The notes: generated by a model from the sequence alone, not told the origin. A stretch of DNA of 64,000 nt from Salpingoeca rosetta (GCA_033442325.1 JAWQFM010000019.1:760823-824822); one strand, 5' to 3'. Counted from the first letter of the stretch, positions 48,958 through 61,550 are shown. Numbers and translations are program-made.

Positions 48958-51312
48958 TCAAGTGAGCTCCTCCACCATGTGCTTGGAGAAGCACGATGTG
49001 CACACGCTCTTGGCCGGCGTACACACACAGTAGTGGCGCGTCTTCTTCTTGCAGTACTTGCACCGCCGCTGCACCTGCTGCACCTTGAGCGTCTTCTGCC
49101 ACGCCTGCCCGTCCCACGTCGAGTGGAACGGAATGCTTTCCAGCCGGTGCGCCGCGTTCACCTTCGCGCGCTTCATCACCTGCATGTGCCCGGCCGTCAC
49201 GCCCTCCTCGTGCGCCAGCATCATCTCCTCCTCCTCCGCAAGGTAGTGGTTGGTCATCAGCTCCTTGGCCAGGAGCTTGCGGAAGCTCGTGTGTGTCATT
49301 GCGCTGCCGCCTTTCTTCTGCACAAACGTCGTGTACACAAAGTACGCGTTCGCCTCTGCCAGCCCGAGGAAGAAGGCAAAGTGCCCGTGCCAGAACTGCT
49401 TCTTCAGCCACACGTCCTCCACGGGCCGCCACTCGTGGCGAAGGGACTCATTCACCCGCGCTGCCCGTCGCACCGCGAGATGGTTGTGCACAACCTCAGG
49501 GTACTGGAACGACACGCGCGTACCGCCCGCCATGCGGTGCTTGTGCTTGCCGACGGGGATGATGCTGCCGTACGTCGACAGCTGCATGAGGATGTTCGCC
49601 GTGTCACGCACGCCCGCAAAGTACAAGGGCTGCTCCTCGCACGTGGCGGGTCGGCACAGCGTGTTGCCGACAGGCTGCTCGCGCAGATACTGCTCAAAGG
49701 CAGACTGCGGCACATCTGGCATGGGTCTGCCGGGCGACAGGGCCACGCTGGCGTACACGTGCTTCTTGCGCAGCTCCACCATGGACAGCAGCGACCCGTA
49801 CTCGCTCGGCACATGCACGACCTTGCCGGTGGAGACGAGGCCCGCCTGGTCTGCGCACCGCAGCAGGCGCGCGGTGTTTGGCTCAAACACGTCTGTGTAC
49901 GGCAGCGGCCCAAGCTGGGCGGGGCGCGCCGGCCCCTCGTCAAGCTCGGCCCAGTACACGACGTTCGTCTGCCCGTCGGCCAGCACAAAGTACGAGTTCT
50001 GGTGGGGCGGGCAGCGCTTGGGGACGGCCATAAACTCGGACGCGTGGAACTTGTTGGCGTAGAGGCAGTCCACGCGGTCAAGCACGCTGATCCAGGACGA
50101 GCGGTACACCTTGCTCATGTTCGCGTTCCACGCAGCGACAAAGGGCCGCATGTGCGCGTAGCGGTCGGTGAAGGTGGTGGGCATGGCCTGCAGCGGCACG
50201 ATGGAGAGCGCCGCCAGGATATCGGAGAAGCGTTTCTTCGTCATGTACTTGTTGACGCGCGGCGCCGTGAACAGCTCGCTCTTAGTGGGCGACCAGAACA
50301 CGGGCACCTCCTCCTGGTAGCAGCTGAACAGGAACCACAGCCCAAGGAAGCGCATAAACTCCCCGTACTGCACCGGCATGAAGTTCTCAATGTCGCGCCC
50401 GGCGTCGTTCGTGGCAGGCAGCACCGTGTCCATGATGAAGTCCTTGGGCATCATGGCCTCAAAGGTGTTGAACACGCTGTAGTATGACGTGTTGTCTGTG
50501 CTCAGACGCGCCGTCTCCTTGCCAAAGTGTGCGCTGCGGTAGTCGTTGGTGACTTGGGCCCAGTCGTGCCATGTGGGCAGGCAGCTTGACTTGACGCCAC
50601 CCGCCGTCGTCGTCGTGGTAGAAGGTTGTTGTTGTTGTTGTTGTTGCTGTTGCTGCTGCTGTGCGTCCTTTTGTTGTTGCTGGGCGCCATTTTGTTGTGC
50701 CTGGCCCATCTGCTGCTCGGACGGCGAATGGCCGTTGCCACTGCTGGAATCCGCCTGCACACCCGCGGCCTGTTGCTGCCCCTGCTGTGCGCCCTGGGCG
50801 TCCGTTGCCGTGCTTGGCGCGGTGGAGGACGCTGGTTGCATTGGCTGTGGTTGTGTGGCCTGCGTTTGCGTGGTGGGGGATGGCAGGTGCGGGATGGGCG
50901 GCAGGAGCGCAGCGTCTGGGCCCGAGTCCTCCTCCACGTTGTCGTCGTCGCTGATGTAGTTGAAGTGGTCTGGCTCGTCTGTGGCAAACAGGTCTGCAGA
51001 ATTGAAGGTGAGATCGCCAAAGGAGATTGAGTTGGCGGTGAGGAAGTACTTGTCCGCGGGCCCAGGCGTGATGAGCTTGAGCATGGTGGGCTTGGCCCAC
51101 AGCTCCATCGTCGGGTTCTGCGACCAGCGCAGCTTCACCATGTGCTCCATGTCCGGGCCCGTGGTGATCCCCACCACTTGCAAATCTGACAGCACCATGC
51201 TCAGGTAGTCCTGCGGTGAGAACATCGCCGCCACCGTGGCTTCCGGGCGCAGGTTCTTCACTGCCGCCGCCACAACCGCGTCCAGCCCAAGCCGGCGCGC
51301 AACACGAGGCAT
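48958..51312 (-). CDS. Intronless piggyBac-transposase-derived protein (PGBD-like, DDE_Tnp_1_7 plus C-terminal Cys-rich domain), ~784 aa, probably catalytically inactive
   Basis: GEFMRFLGLWF, FWS, YMTKKRFSDILAALS, RPFVAAWNANM, WISVLD, VPKRCPPH, VVYWAELDEG, LLR, YPEVVHNH, FAFFLGLAEANAY, FRKLLAKELM and the terminal CKYCKKKTRHYCVC...CTSC. No TIRs or TTAA seen at the flanks. Confidence 0.85.
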   Translation of the reverse strand: MPRVARRLGLDAVVAAAVKNLRPEATVAAMFSPQDYLSMVLSDLQVVGITTGPDMEHMVKLRWSQNPTMELWAKPTMLKLITPGPADKYFLTANSISFGDLTFNSADLFATDEPDHFNYISDDDNVEEDSGPDAALLPPIPHLPSPTTQTQATQPQPMQPASSTAPSTATDAQGAQQGQQQAAGVQADSSSGNGHSPSEQQMGQAQQNGAQQQQKDAQQQQQQQQQQQQPSTTTTTAGGVKSSCLPTWHDWAQVTNDYRSAHFGKETARLSTDNTSYYSVFNTFEAMMPKDFIMDTVLPATNDAGRDIENFMPVQYGEFMRFLGLWFLFSCYQEEVPVFWSPTKSELFTAPRVNKYMTKKRFSDILAALSIVPLQAMPTTFTDRYAHMRPFVAAWNANMSKVYRSSWISVLDRVDCLYANKFHASEFMAVPKRCPPHQNSYFVLADGQTNVVYWAELDEGPARPAQLGPLPYTDVFEPNTARLLRCADQAGLVSTGKVVHVPSEYGSLLSMVELRKKHVYASVALSPGRPMPDVPQSAFEQYLREQPVGNTLCRPATCEEQPLYFAGVRDTANILMQLSTYGSIIPVGKHKHRMAGGTRVSFQYPEVVHNHLAVRRAARVNESLRHEWRPVEDVWLKKQFWHGHFAFFLGLAEANAYFVYTTFVQKKGGSAMTHTSFRKLLAKELMTNHYLAEEEEMMLAHEEGVTAGHMQVMKRAKVNAAHRLESIPFHSTWDGQAWQKTLKVQQVQRRCKYCKKKTRHYCVCTPAKSVCTSCFSKHMVEELT

Positions 51313-51466
51313 CTTCGCAGTGTTGCTGGTGCTGCTGTTGTTTTGCTTGTTGAGGTTTTGGCGCCTCGACTTGCGTAGGCCGGTGCGACTACAAAAAGGC
51401 CAGAGAAGGACGGGGAGTTTTTGTGCCAAGAAGGAAACTTGTGGTGTCGCAGGCGATACGTTTGAG

Positions 51467-51599
<133 letters not shown>

Positions 51600-51632
51600 G
51601 TTCGTTCTCGGGGCATGCCGTTCGTGTTGTCA

Positions 51633-51700
51633 TTCATTCAATGCTGTTCGTGTGTTGTTGTTCATTCAATGCTGTTCGTGTGTTGTTGTTCATGCAATGT
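51633..51700. repeat. 28-bp tandem repeat (~2.5 copies)
   Basis: ttcattcaatgctgttcgtgtgttgttg at 51633-51660 and 51661-51688, plus a degenerate partial copy. Confidence 0.9.
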
Positions 51701-52178
51701 TGGTTGTTCCTGTAGCGTGATGGATGAAGATGGTGGTGGATTGTGTGCGATGAAGACCATCCAGCTTGACAGTGACCACGCCTCGTCTGTCACTCGCGTC
51801 ATACACATAGCCCTGGTTCACAAATTCCAACTTGATGGGCAATAAGGAGAGCAAGGCCACAAGGATAACCGCGCACGAGCGCATCAGTGTGAGTACATGT
51901 GTGCATGAGTACATGCGTGTGAGTGATGGCGATTGTTCCAAAATGAGCGAGCGCTTGCATTCTTGTCATGGGCGTCGCAGGCAAGGCAGGACAAACAAGC
52001 AAGCTTACGTCCTCCACGGTGGTGTACTGCGGCAGTGCGTTGCTATCCTGCAGCACGTCCGAGACTGCGCCCGTCACGTGTGCCGTCACCTCGTAGAACC
52101 GCTGGCCAGATTGAAGTGTTTGATTGGATGATGGATCGGTGAGGCGTGGGGCAGTGGCGTGGGTAGGCAAACCAAGAC

Positions 52179-52217
<39 letters not shown>

Positions 52218-52890
52218 CACATCCACACACGAAGCGCACAAACTGACAGACAGACAGACGGACAGACAGACAGACACACACATAACGCACACACACAAAA
52301 CACACACACACACACACACACAGACACAAGGCACACACACACAGACAGACCCACCCACCCACCGTGTCATTGATGGTCTTGTATGATCCAACAAGAGGAC
52401 CAATGACAAGCTCCACAACGCCATGCCGTGCGTTCATTGTAAAGTTCTGCTGGGCAAACGCGCCCTTCTCGTGCTCGCGTGACAGCCCGTCATCTGTACA
52501 CGCGCGTGGGAATCAAGTGGATGCCATGGTGCAAGAGCAATGGAGAGGATTAGGCTGTGTGCGTATCAGAGACACGTTGGCTGCAGGATTATGGCGCTTG
52601 CGATTGTGGTTGTGGCGTGATCAGTGAAAGAGACGCAAAACATCACATGTGTGCGTGTGCATGTGGTGGTGTTTGTGTCACACCTTCGTAGAGGGTGAAG
52701 CTGCTCACGCGCGGGTCATCGCTTCTGTCGTGCGGAGGAGATGGTGTGAGGTATGAGCGCAGCAACTTTGGTACATCCGCTTAACGGGGAAACAACATGA
52801 GCTGACCTCACAAACACACAGACAGGTAGACGAACCAACAAACACACACACACACACACGTAGACCTACACAGTCACACACAGACAAACA

Positions 52891-52927
<37 letters not shown>

Positions 52928-52954
52928 AGACCTACACAGTCACACAAACACATG

Positions 52955-53021
<67 letters not shown>

Positions 53022-55030
53022 GTTCAACTGACGCAGAGATGGTTGGCGGGTACACGTCGAGAGTGATGGGAACACGAGGCAGCTCGTAGAAATAGTTCAT
53101 CGCAGGCCACATTGGAATGATGGCGCCAGCCTACAGATGGTGGTGGTGGTTGAGTTGTGACAAGGGTACGTGTCGGGATTTGATAACTTTGCTTGTTGCA
53201 AGAAACAAAAACCAAGGGAAGTGTCTTCGAGTGGACCTTGACGAAGACGGGGAGGATGGCAAGTGGCGCGTAGTAGTTGTTGATGGTTTGGGGACCCTGC
53301 AACGGCGCGAACAATCAATCAGGTGCACGTCGTGTACACGGTGTGAGAGCAGAAGAACGGCGGTGCGCGACGCCACTGCAGCACAGCCATTGCACAATGT
53401 GCACAGCAAGCAGCCTGTTGGGGGGGGGGGAGGATGTGAGCTTGCAGCATCACTGCATGATATCGCACACAACCTCATATCGGGTGCCGTTCCAGTAATC
53501 AATAAACTCGTCAGCAGGAAGATAGATGCCATCACGGCGATCACTGTACACGTGAAGGTGAAGGTTGTTGGTTTGAAGAAGACGTTGTTGTGTTGAAGTT
53601 GTTGGTGGTGTGTATGTGGTTGCGTGAATGTAAGACTGCGATCGCGTGTGTGCGCGAATGTAAGACTGCGTTCGTGTGTGTGCGTGCGTGCAAGCCTGCG
53701 CGTGTGTGTGGTGTTTTGAACACGTAGAAGCGTCGGCTGTTGTGATTGTTGCACGCGCAAACACACCAGCAGCCACGACCACCATCACGCCAACACCGCC
53801 ACCATGAAAAGCATTCGCCTTGGCGATGAAGACGTACCCCTTCTCAAACATGGGCGCAACAAGGAGCCACTCGCCGCTGAAGAACTGGTAGGCGGTGGTG
53901 TTGTCGAGCGCAATTGGATCGTGGGGATATTCCAGCACCGTTGCACGCGCTGGTGGCGTACCGGTGCTGATCACGCAGCAATGACAAGAAGGTGAAGGAA
54001 GGAGGTGAGGCGTGGAGGCGGGGGAAGGGGGAGACAAGGGGTGCGTTGACAGCAGTGATGGGGTGATGGTGATGAAAGTGATGGTGATTGATATGGCAGT
54101 GGCATTAAAAAATTATGTCGATGGTGGTAGTGATGGGCTTGATATTGTCGTTGGTGATTACACGCATCACACGCACAGCATTCAATCTGTTCAAGTGACA
54201 AGCACAGCGGCAGCAGCAACGATGGCACCATCACTCACGTGTGGGCGATGTACGAGTAGGTGTACTGGTAAGGCAGCAGGCGCATCTTCAGCTTGAGGTA
54301 TTTCCGGCTGTAACCTGCAAAGGGAGGGGAAGTGATGAGATCACAGGACGTGTGAGCAAAGGGAATAAAAGGAGGGACACGGGCATGGAGGGAAAGCGGC
54401 AGGGAGGCCGCAGATGCACAAAACACAAGCACGCACATACGGAGAGAGCTACAGACACACAACGTCAGCCAGACAGATACACAGATGCATAGACAGACCG
54501 TCACACAGACCCAGACCCAGACACAGACATAGACGCACACACAAAACACGGACACATACACCCAGACGCACTTGTGTAGGGTTCACCCCGGCGCCAGGGC
54601 TGTTTGTCATAGCGCGCCCACCCGCTCATGGTCATGAGCACCGTCAGGAAACACTTCCACTGGATGTCTCGAACATATGTCTCCGCGCTGCCAGCGAAGA
54701 TGCCGTCAATGTCACCGGACGTGTGGGCCTGTGCGGAGAGGCCCGACCCGAGGACGGTCGGAATCTGCAGCCAATGCGAACGTGATATGAGTGTGTGTGT
54801 GTGTGGTTGCATGTGCACGTGCATATATGTATGTGTAGGTGTCAATGCGAGTGTGCGCGAGTGCGCACATGCACGTGTGAGTGCGCATGAGTGTGCAGTT
54901 CGAGGTCAACATGAAGAACACGTTTACACGCGTGCAAACATGGACAGGCCGAGTGGCGAAGATTCCGCATGCGCACAACCACCATTTACAACACTACCAC
55001 CACCTCCTACAACAACAACCAACAACAACC

Positions 55031-55104
<74 letters not shown>

Positions 55105-56071
55105 CTAACAGCAACAACAACAACAACAACAACAACAACAGCAACAACAACTAACAACGAACAAGAACAACAACAACAACAACTAACAACAACTAACAAC
55201 AACTAACAACCAACAAGAGCAGTAGGCTCGACCTGGAAGCGGATGTACTCCCAGGAGCCGCCATTGTCGCCGTTCCACATGACGGCATACGCGTGTGTTC
55301 CCGCCCATCCACACACGCTCCACACATACCGCCGCTCGCTCGTGTTGTCTGGGCAGCGAGAAACAAAGGGCGACAAGGAGGAAGGTACAAAGGAAGGTGT
55401 GCAGGAAGGATTCTTGATGAACGGCGATGCAAGCGACGCCAGCGCACATGCACACCCTTGCAAGTCTACACGCTTACATCCATTTGTGATCAGCAGCAAG
55501 CAGCGCCCATCTCAAAGAGGCGACTGCTGCACGGGTTTGGCGGTTTCGCACCTTCGATGAGGGACGAGGCGAGTTTGACAGCGTCGAGCTCAAATTTGTA
55601 CCCGGCACCGACCTGTGGACATGTTGACGATGGCCGCGATGACATGTACGGGTCAACACAGAGCATTGGTATGAGCAGCGCAGTGCAGAAGCAATATGTG
55701 AATGAAGAGCAAAGGGGAGGAGGTGGCGTGAGGCACACAACGCTGCAATCAACAGCCATGTTGAAAGGCAGGGAACGACAATGAGCCATCACTGACGACA
55801 ATGAGACATGACTTTGTTACATTGCTTACCCAGCCGACATCTGTCTTGATACCGCGGCTACCGGCCGTGCCTGAAGTTGTTGTGACGAGCATGGAGGCAA
55901 GTCGGGCAGCAAGAGGGGAAGGAGTTAGGAGACCAGGCAGACACACATGTGCACAAGACAACACCCACACACGCACACACACACACAGCCTAAGACACAA
56001 ACCACAGACACAAACCACACACACACGCACACACACGCACACACAAGTGCACAAGACAATACACACACACA

Positions 56072-56160
<89 letters not shown>

Positions 56161-56487
56161 ACAAAACGCAACCAACACCCACCAATTTCCCATGTTGCGT
56201 TTGCGAGCCCCGTCGAGGTCCAGAGGGCGGTGTATTTGCCCAGGTCGTGCAGCTGCGAAATGACATACGCGAGACGCGTGTACCCGCACCCGTACCCGTC
56301 ATTGGGAATCATCCACCCGCCTGAGCAGCAGCACCAGCAGCAGCAGGGGTGGTAGTTATGGCGGTGGTGATGGCACGCGACAAGCGCGAAAAGAGCATGC
56401 GACACGCAGCATCAGCGCGGGAGTTTGTTTACCCAGACTGAGCACGCAGTTGCCTCAACTCACCTGGGATGTCGTAAGCCGAGTAGT
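51690..56487 (-). CDS. GH31 glycoside hydrolase, alpha-N-acetylgalactosaminidase (Nag31)-like; 5' part missing
   Basis: [18 protein letters not shown], nucleophile [65 protein letters not shown]...[43 protein letters not shown] and FTLYEDDG. No N-terminal domain or start found upstream. Confidence 0.88.
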
Positions 56488-56611
56488 TCTTAAAGTACGC
56501 GCACACCAAGTTACACCGAACAAATAGAGGGACACACACAGACAGACACGCTGACACACACACACACACAGACGGACACACACACACAGACAGACAGACA
56601 CATACACAGAC

Positions 56612-56648
<37 letters not shown>

Positions 56649-56796
56649 CACACACACACAATTGGTGCTTTGCTACGTGTATTTTGTCAGTTGTAGAATA
56701 TTGTTCGTCCAACCTTCCCGCTCATTCTTGTGTTTGTGTACCGTCCTCTCCCCTCTTCCACACGCTTCCCCCCTTTGTTGTATGTACATGTGGCAG

Positions 56797-57535
56797 ACAC
56801 ACGTGCATTGTGAAGTACAAGACTGCCTTCTACTCGTTCTACCTTCCTGTTGCCGCCGCCATGCACATGGCCGGCATTAAGGACGAGAAGGCCTTTGCCA
56901 ACGCCCAGGTGCGCTGCTGCTCGTGCTGCGGCTGCTTGTGTGCTTGCTTGTTTGTGGTCTTATTTGTTTGCTTGCTTGCTTGCCTGCTCGTTCGTGCGAG
57001 CATGGTACTGTGCTATAATGTGTGTCTGCAACGCAAGCTGACCACCCTCCATATCCCTCTCTTTGGTCTAACCCACCACCACCCCCATCACGGCTGCAGG
57101 AGATTCTGCTTGAGATGGGCGTGTTCTTCCAGGTGCAGGACGACTACCTCGACTGCTACGGCGCCCCAGAGGTCATCGGCAAGATTGGCACAGATATCGA
57201 GGTCCGCTTGTGTACGTGTGTACGTGTGTGTGTTCGTGTGTGCTCGTGTGGATGCGTGGTGTGTGTGTTTGCGTGTTGTTTGCTTGTGTACGTGCGTGTG
57301 TTCGTGTGTTTGCGTGATGTTTGTATGTGTATGACACCCGCATGCACGCCTCATGCGTGCCAATGAGCGTGCCCAAGGCCCTTCCTTACGCTGCCTCTGT
57401 CTTCGATGAGCAGGACAACAAGTGCGGCTGGCTGGTGGTGCAGGCCCTTGACCGCGTCACCCCGGAGCAGCGCAAGATTCTCGAGGTCAGTGCTGCTGTT
57501 GCTGTTGGTGGTGGTGGTGGTGGTGGTAGTGGTGG

Positions 57536-57587
<52 letters not shown>

Positions 57588-58300
57588 GGTGGTGGTGGTG
57601 GTGGTGGTGGTGGTGGTCAATCGTGATGGAGTTGACATGGCTCACGTGATGGCAGTGCTATTGCTCGCAACCGGCTTCAGTGTTTGTCTTGCTGACACAC
57701 GCGTGTGCATTCCTTGCACCTGCATGTCGTACCCATGCGCGTGTGCTCAAGGCATCACCACCACCTCAAACCACTATTGACACTCGGTCCCCCTCTCCAA
57801 TATGTACTGTCCACATGTCAGGAGAACTACGGGCGCAAGGACCCCGAGTGCGTCAAGCGCATCAAGGAGTTGTACAAGGAGCTCGACCTCGAGAAGGTAC
57901 GTCGACGGTGTCATCATGGTGGTTGAATGGTGGTGCCATGGTGGTGACACGGTGGTGCCATAGTTATCGTGTTGGTCGCCACGGTCTTGGTGGTGGCAAT
58001 GTGCATGTCTCCCTACCAACACATGCACCTTTGAAATGCTGTCTTACTTCCATCTTGTGCTTTGGGTACACACATGTTTCCTCACAACCCATTCCTCCAC
58101 TCCCAACTCCCCCCCCCCACCCACGCCGGCCGCTTCTGTCTGCTTCATTGTCCCACGCGCGACGCCACTGCCAGCTGTACCACGAGTTTGAGGAGGCGAG
58201 CTACCAGAAGCTGATGAAGATGGTTGAGGAGAAAGCCGGCGACCTTCCAAAGGGTATCTTCACAGACTTTGCCGCAAAGATCTACAAGCGCCAGAAGTAA
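56797..58300 (+). CDS. FDPS: Farnesyl diphosphate synthase, 3' half only (5 exons)
   Basis: [14 protein letters not shown], second Asp-rich motif [21 protein letters not shown]|[16 protein letters not shown] and KIYKRQK*. The first Asp-rich motif and N-terminal exons are absent. Confidence 0.92.
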
Positions 58301-58315
58301 CCCGGATGCACAAAA

Positions 58316-58381
<66 letters not shown>

Positions 58382-58666
58382 CACACACACACACACATAT
58401 TGTTGCATCCCTCTCAAATGCACGTGTGTTCGATGCAGTCCGTGTTCAGCCGTAGTTTGGTGTTGTTCGTTGTATGTACATGAGTGATTTTGTCTCGCTT
58501 TGTTTGTCGCGTCATGTCTTTATTGTTTCAAATAAACAACAGCAACAACACGCACACGCACGCACACACAAGCGCCGCATGGGACTCAACACACGCACAC
58601 ACACGCACACATGTGGGTTGACAGCCATCTCCTGTTCCCACCCACCCACACCGCTTCTCGTCTCTT

Positions 58667-61550
58667 CTATTCGCCCTTCTTCCCCTTCTTGCTCTTCTTC
58701 TTCTTCGTCTTCTTCTTGCTGGCTGTCTTCTCCTCGCTGTCAGCATCTCCAGTTTTGCTCTTCTTGCTCCTCGGCTCACCATCACCAGCATCACCAGCAT
58801 CATCATCATCACCACCACTGCCCTCGCCCTCCTCGTTGTCGTTCTTCTTCTTGTTCTTCCTTTGCTTCACCTCTGCGTGTGCATCGTTCTCATCATCACC
58901 AGCATCGTGTTCCTTGTTCTTGTTCTTCTTCCCCTTCTTTTTCTTCTTCTTCCCCGCCGTCAGCGCGTCCGAGATGAACGCCAGGTCCTTGAACTGCTTC
59001 GACTTGTTCTTCTTCCTCTTCTTCGCAGACGCCGCCGCGCTAATCTCCGCACCATCACCAACATCCCCATCACCATCATCGTCACCATCATCAGCGCCGC
59101 TGTCGTCAGCTTGCTTCTTCGCCTGTTTCTTGTCCTTGTGCTTCTTCTTCCTCTTCGGCTCGTCCTTTGCGTCAAACATCTCGTCAATTTCGTGCTTGGG
59201 CTCTGCAAGGGGCGAATACAGGGCGTGCGGAGGTGTGATGAGGTGAGGGGGTGGGGTGCAGGGGTGTAGGGGTGTGGGGGTTGTGGCATGAAGTACGTGT
59301 GCGTGGGAGGAGAAGCACAGGGCAAGGCAGGGGTGCGGTGAATGAGCCGATCTCAGCCAGACACACACGCACATGAAAAACCTTACAGCTACAGTATGGC
59401 AAACACACACACGCACGCACATGAAAAGCATGCAGCTACACTTCTTCTACAGCACAAACACACACATAGACACACACATGCACACAGAAACAAAACAAAT
59501 AAACGCACACACACACACACATGCACGTCACAGCACCTGCTGCTGCGTCCTTGGCGGCTGTGGCGGCCTGCTCTTCTTGCTCCTCCTCCTCATGGCCAAT
59601 AATGTCCTTGAACATCTTCGCCTTGCGTGCGTTTGCCTCTTGCTTCTGCATCCACTCTTGCTTCTTCCACTTGAAGTGCGCCAGGCGGCAGTTTCGCATG
59701 ACAGTGCGCCCCTGCGGGGATTCCTTCAACTTGGCCTCTGCAGCAAGCAGCCTGCCCGCCACGGCCTCCTTGAGGTTGACGTCAATCGCCGCCCACATGC
59801 TGTCAATCACGTGCGACCCGGCAGAGTGACACGCCATTGCGCTGATGGCCGTGTCGTGTTTGCTCAGCACGCGCGCCACCTTGGCCTTCTGTTTGGCGCC
59901 CACGCTCGCTGAGGAGAAGAACTTCTGCATGGCAAAGCTGCCAAACCTCTTGCAACTCAGCTTTACAAGCTGGTCCGCGGTGAGGCGCAGGAAGCCTGCA
60001 AGCACGACTGTGATCTCCTCGGGCTCAAAGTCGAGCAGGGCCTGCACCACCTGGGAGCCGACGGCGTTGCATGCAATGTCGTCTGCGCTGTACTCGCCGC
60101 TGCTCAGCAGCTCTTTGTAGTGGTCAAGCGTGGTGAGGGAGAGGAAGAGCGGCAGGCACTGCACCAGCTCCGCCTGCGGGATGTGGAACGCCGTGAGCAT
60201 GGCCTTGAACAGCTTGCGCTGGCCCCTGGCGTGGCGGGCGGCGGCACGCAGCATCTCCACCACGACCGAGGAGCGCTGCTCTGCGAGAATGTCCTCAATG
60301 TGCGGCATGAGCTCCTGGTTGAGCAGGGCGCAGTCGTCGCCGCTCATGTGCTGCAGCAGGCGCTGCACCACAAAGTTGGTCACCGGGTGCACGGCCATGT
60401 CCACCGCCTGGTTGCGCACGCCCTTGACGTAGATGTCGTGCACCACGTCGGTGGTGCAGTCCTTAATCACCTTCTCCAGCAGGTGGCTCGCCGCCTTGTC
60501 CTTGAGCAGCAGCGGCAGTCGCAGGGCCGCCTTCTCGTTCACTTCCTCACGGGCCGTCTCTGTGAGGTACGTGCCCAGGAGGCCGCGGCAGAACGCCGAG
60601 CACGCCGGCTTGCCCGCGGTCACCGTGACCACGTCCATGGCAGACTGCAGCACAGGCCCCGCCAGCGAGTCTGTGATCCACGTGCGCGCCTGTGGGCTGT
60701 CTCTGAGGGCGTTCAGCAGCTTCTGGCGCACCTCCGCCAGCTCCTCGGGCACGCTGGAAGGCGTCGCCGTGTGCTGCATGTGCTGGGCACTGCTGCTGTG
60801 GCTGCTGCTGCTGCTCTGGTTTGGCAAGTAGGCATGGCCGTGCTTGTTTGTGTGGAACTGCCGACCACGACCACGACCGCGGCCGCGCGCGACACTGCCA
60901 CCGCGGTGCCGGCCCCCGTCTGTGTTGAACGCCTTGCGATAGGAGGCCGATGTGAAGGAGCGCAGGAGGTCGTTCTCGCTGGGCATGCCCGCTGTGGCAA
61001 AGAGCAAGGAGCGGACGACATGGCTGGCGTAGGTGTCTGCGACCAGGCTGTCGACGTGCTCGATGACGGTGTTGGCTAGGTTGACGATGTGCGGGACGAG
61101 GGCGTGCGGGTGCTCGTCGCCGCTCTGCTTGGCCTCGTCGATGCGCTGCGCCTTGTCGATGAGGGCCTGCAGGACGTGGCTGGAGTAGCGGTGGTACACG
61201 GCGTCCTGCATGAAGGGCTGGATGCTCTCCAGGATGGTGGCGGTGCTGGTCATGGAGAGGTGGTTGATCATCTTCTCCAGGACGCGGCTGCCGCGCAGAT
61301 CGCAGGACACGCGGTACAGGCTGTCCTTGAGCTCCTCCAGCACGTTGCTGAGGAAGACCTGTTTGTCTTCCTGGTCCTCAAAGGCCATGGCCAGCGCGGG
61401 ATCGTTGGCCATGTCATCATCATCCTGACCCTGATATTGCTGTTGTTGTCTGGCTTCAAGCAGCGCGGTAGCGTCAAGTCGTTCCTCCACTCGGCGCATG
61501 TAGTCCAGCAGCTCCTGCCGAGACTGCTCCACCTCTGCTCCCCCTTCCAT
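58667..61550 (-). CDS. NOP9: Nucleolar protein 9 (pumilio-repeat 18S rRNA maturation factor)
   Basis: A ~2-kb exon (61550 to ~59537) with DYMRRV and Puf-like repeats GSRVLEK, YSSHVLQAL, YASHVVRSL, ASHLLEK, NFVVQRL, GSQVVQALL, GSHVIDSMW, ending in ..F..KKQEW. A K/D-rich second exon (~59202-58667). Confidence 0.9.

Noticed and set aside
48952-50487. 511-aa plus-strand ORF
   Set aside because: Antisense shadow of the GC3-rich transposase-derived ORF; no recognisable motifs.
51700-58300. Interleaved GH31 and FDPS genes with exons nested in each other's introns
   Set aside because: I looked for FDPS N-terminal motifs (GGK.NRG, DDIMD, RRGQPCW) on + and GH31 N-terminal exons on - and found none.
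60120-61079. 319-aa plus-strand ORF
   Set aside because: Antisense shadow of the large NOP9 exon.
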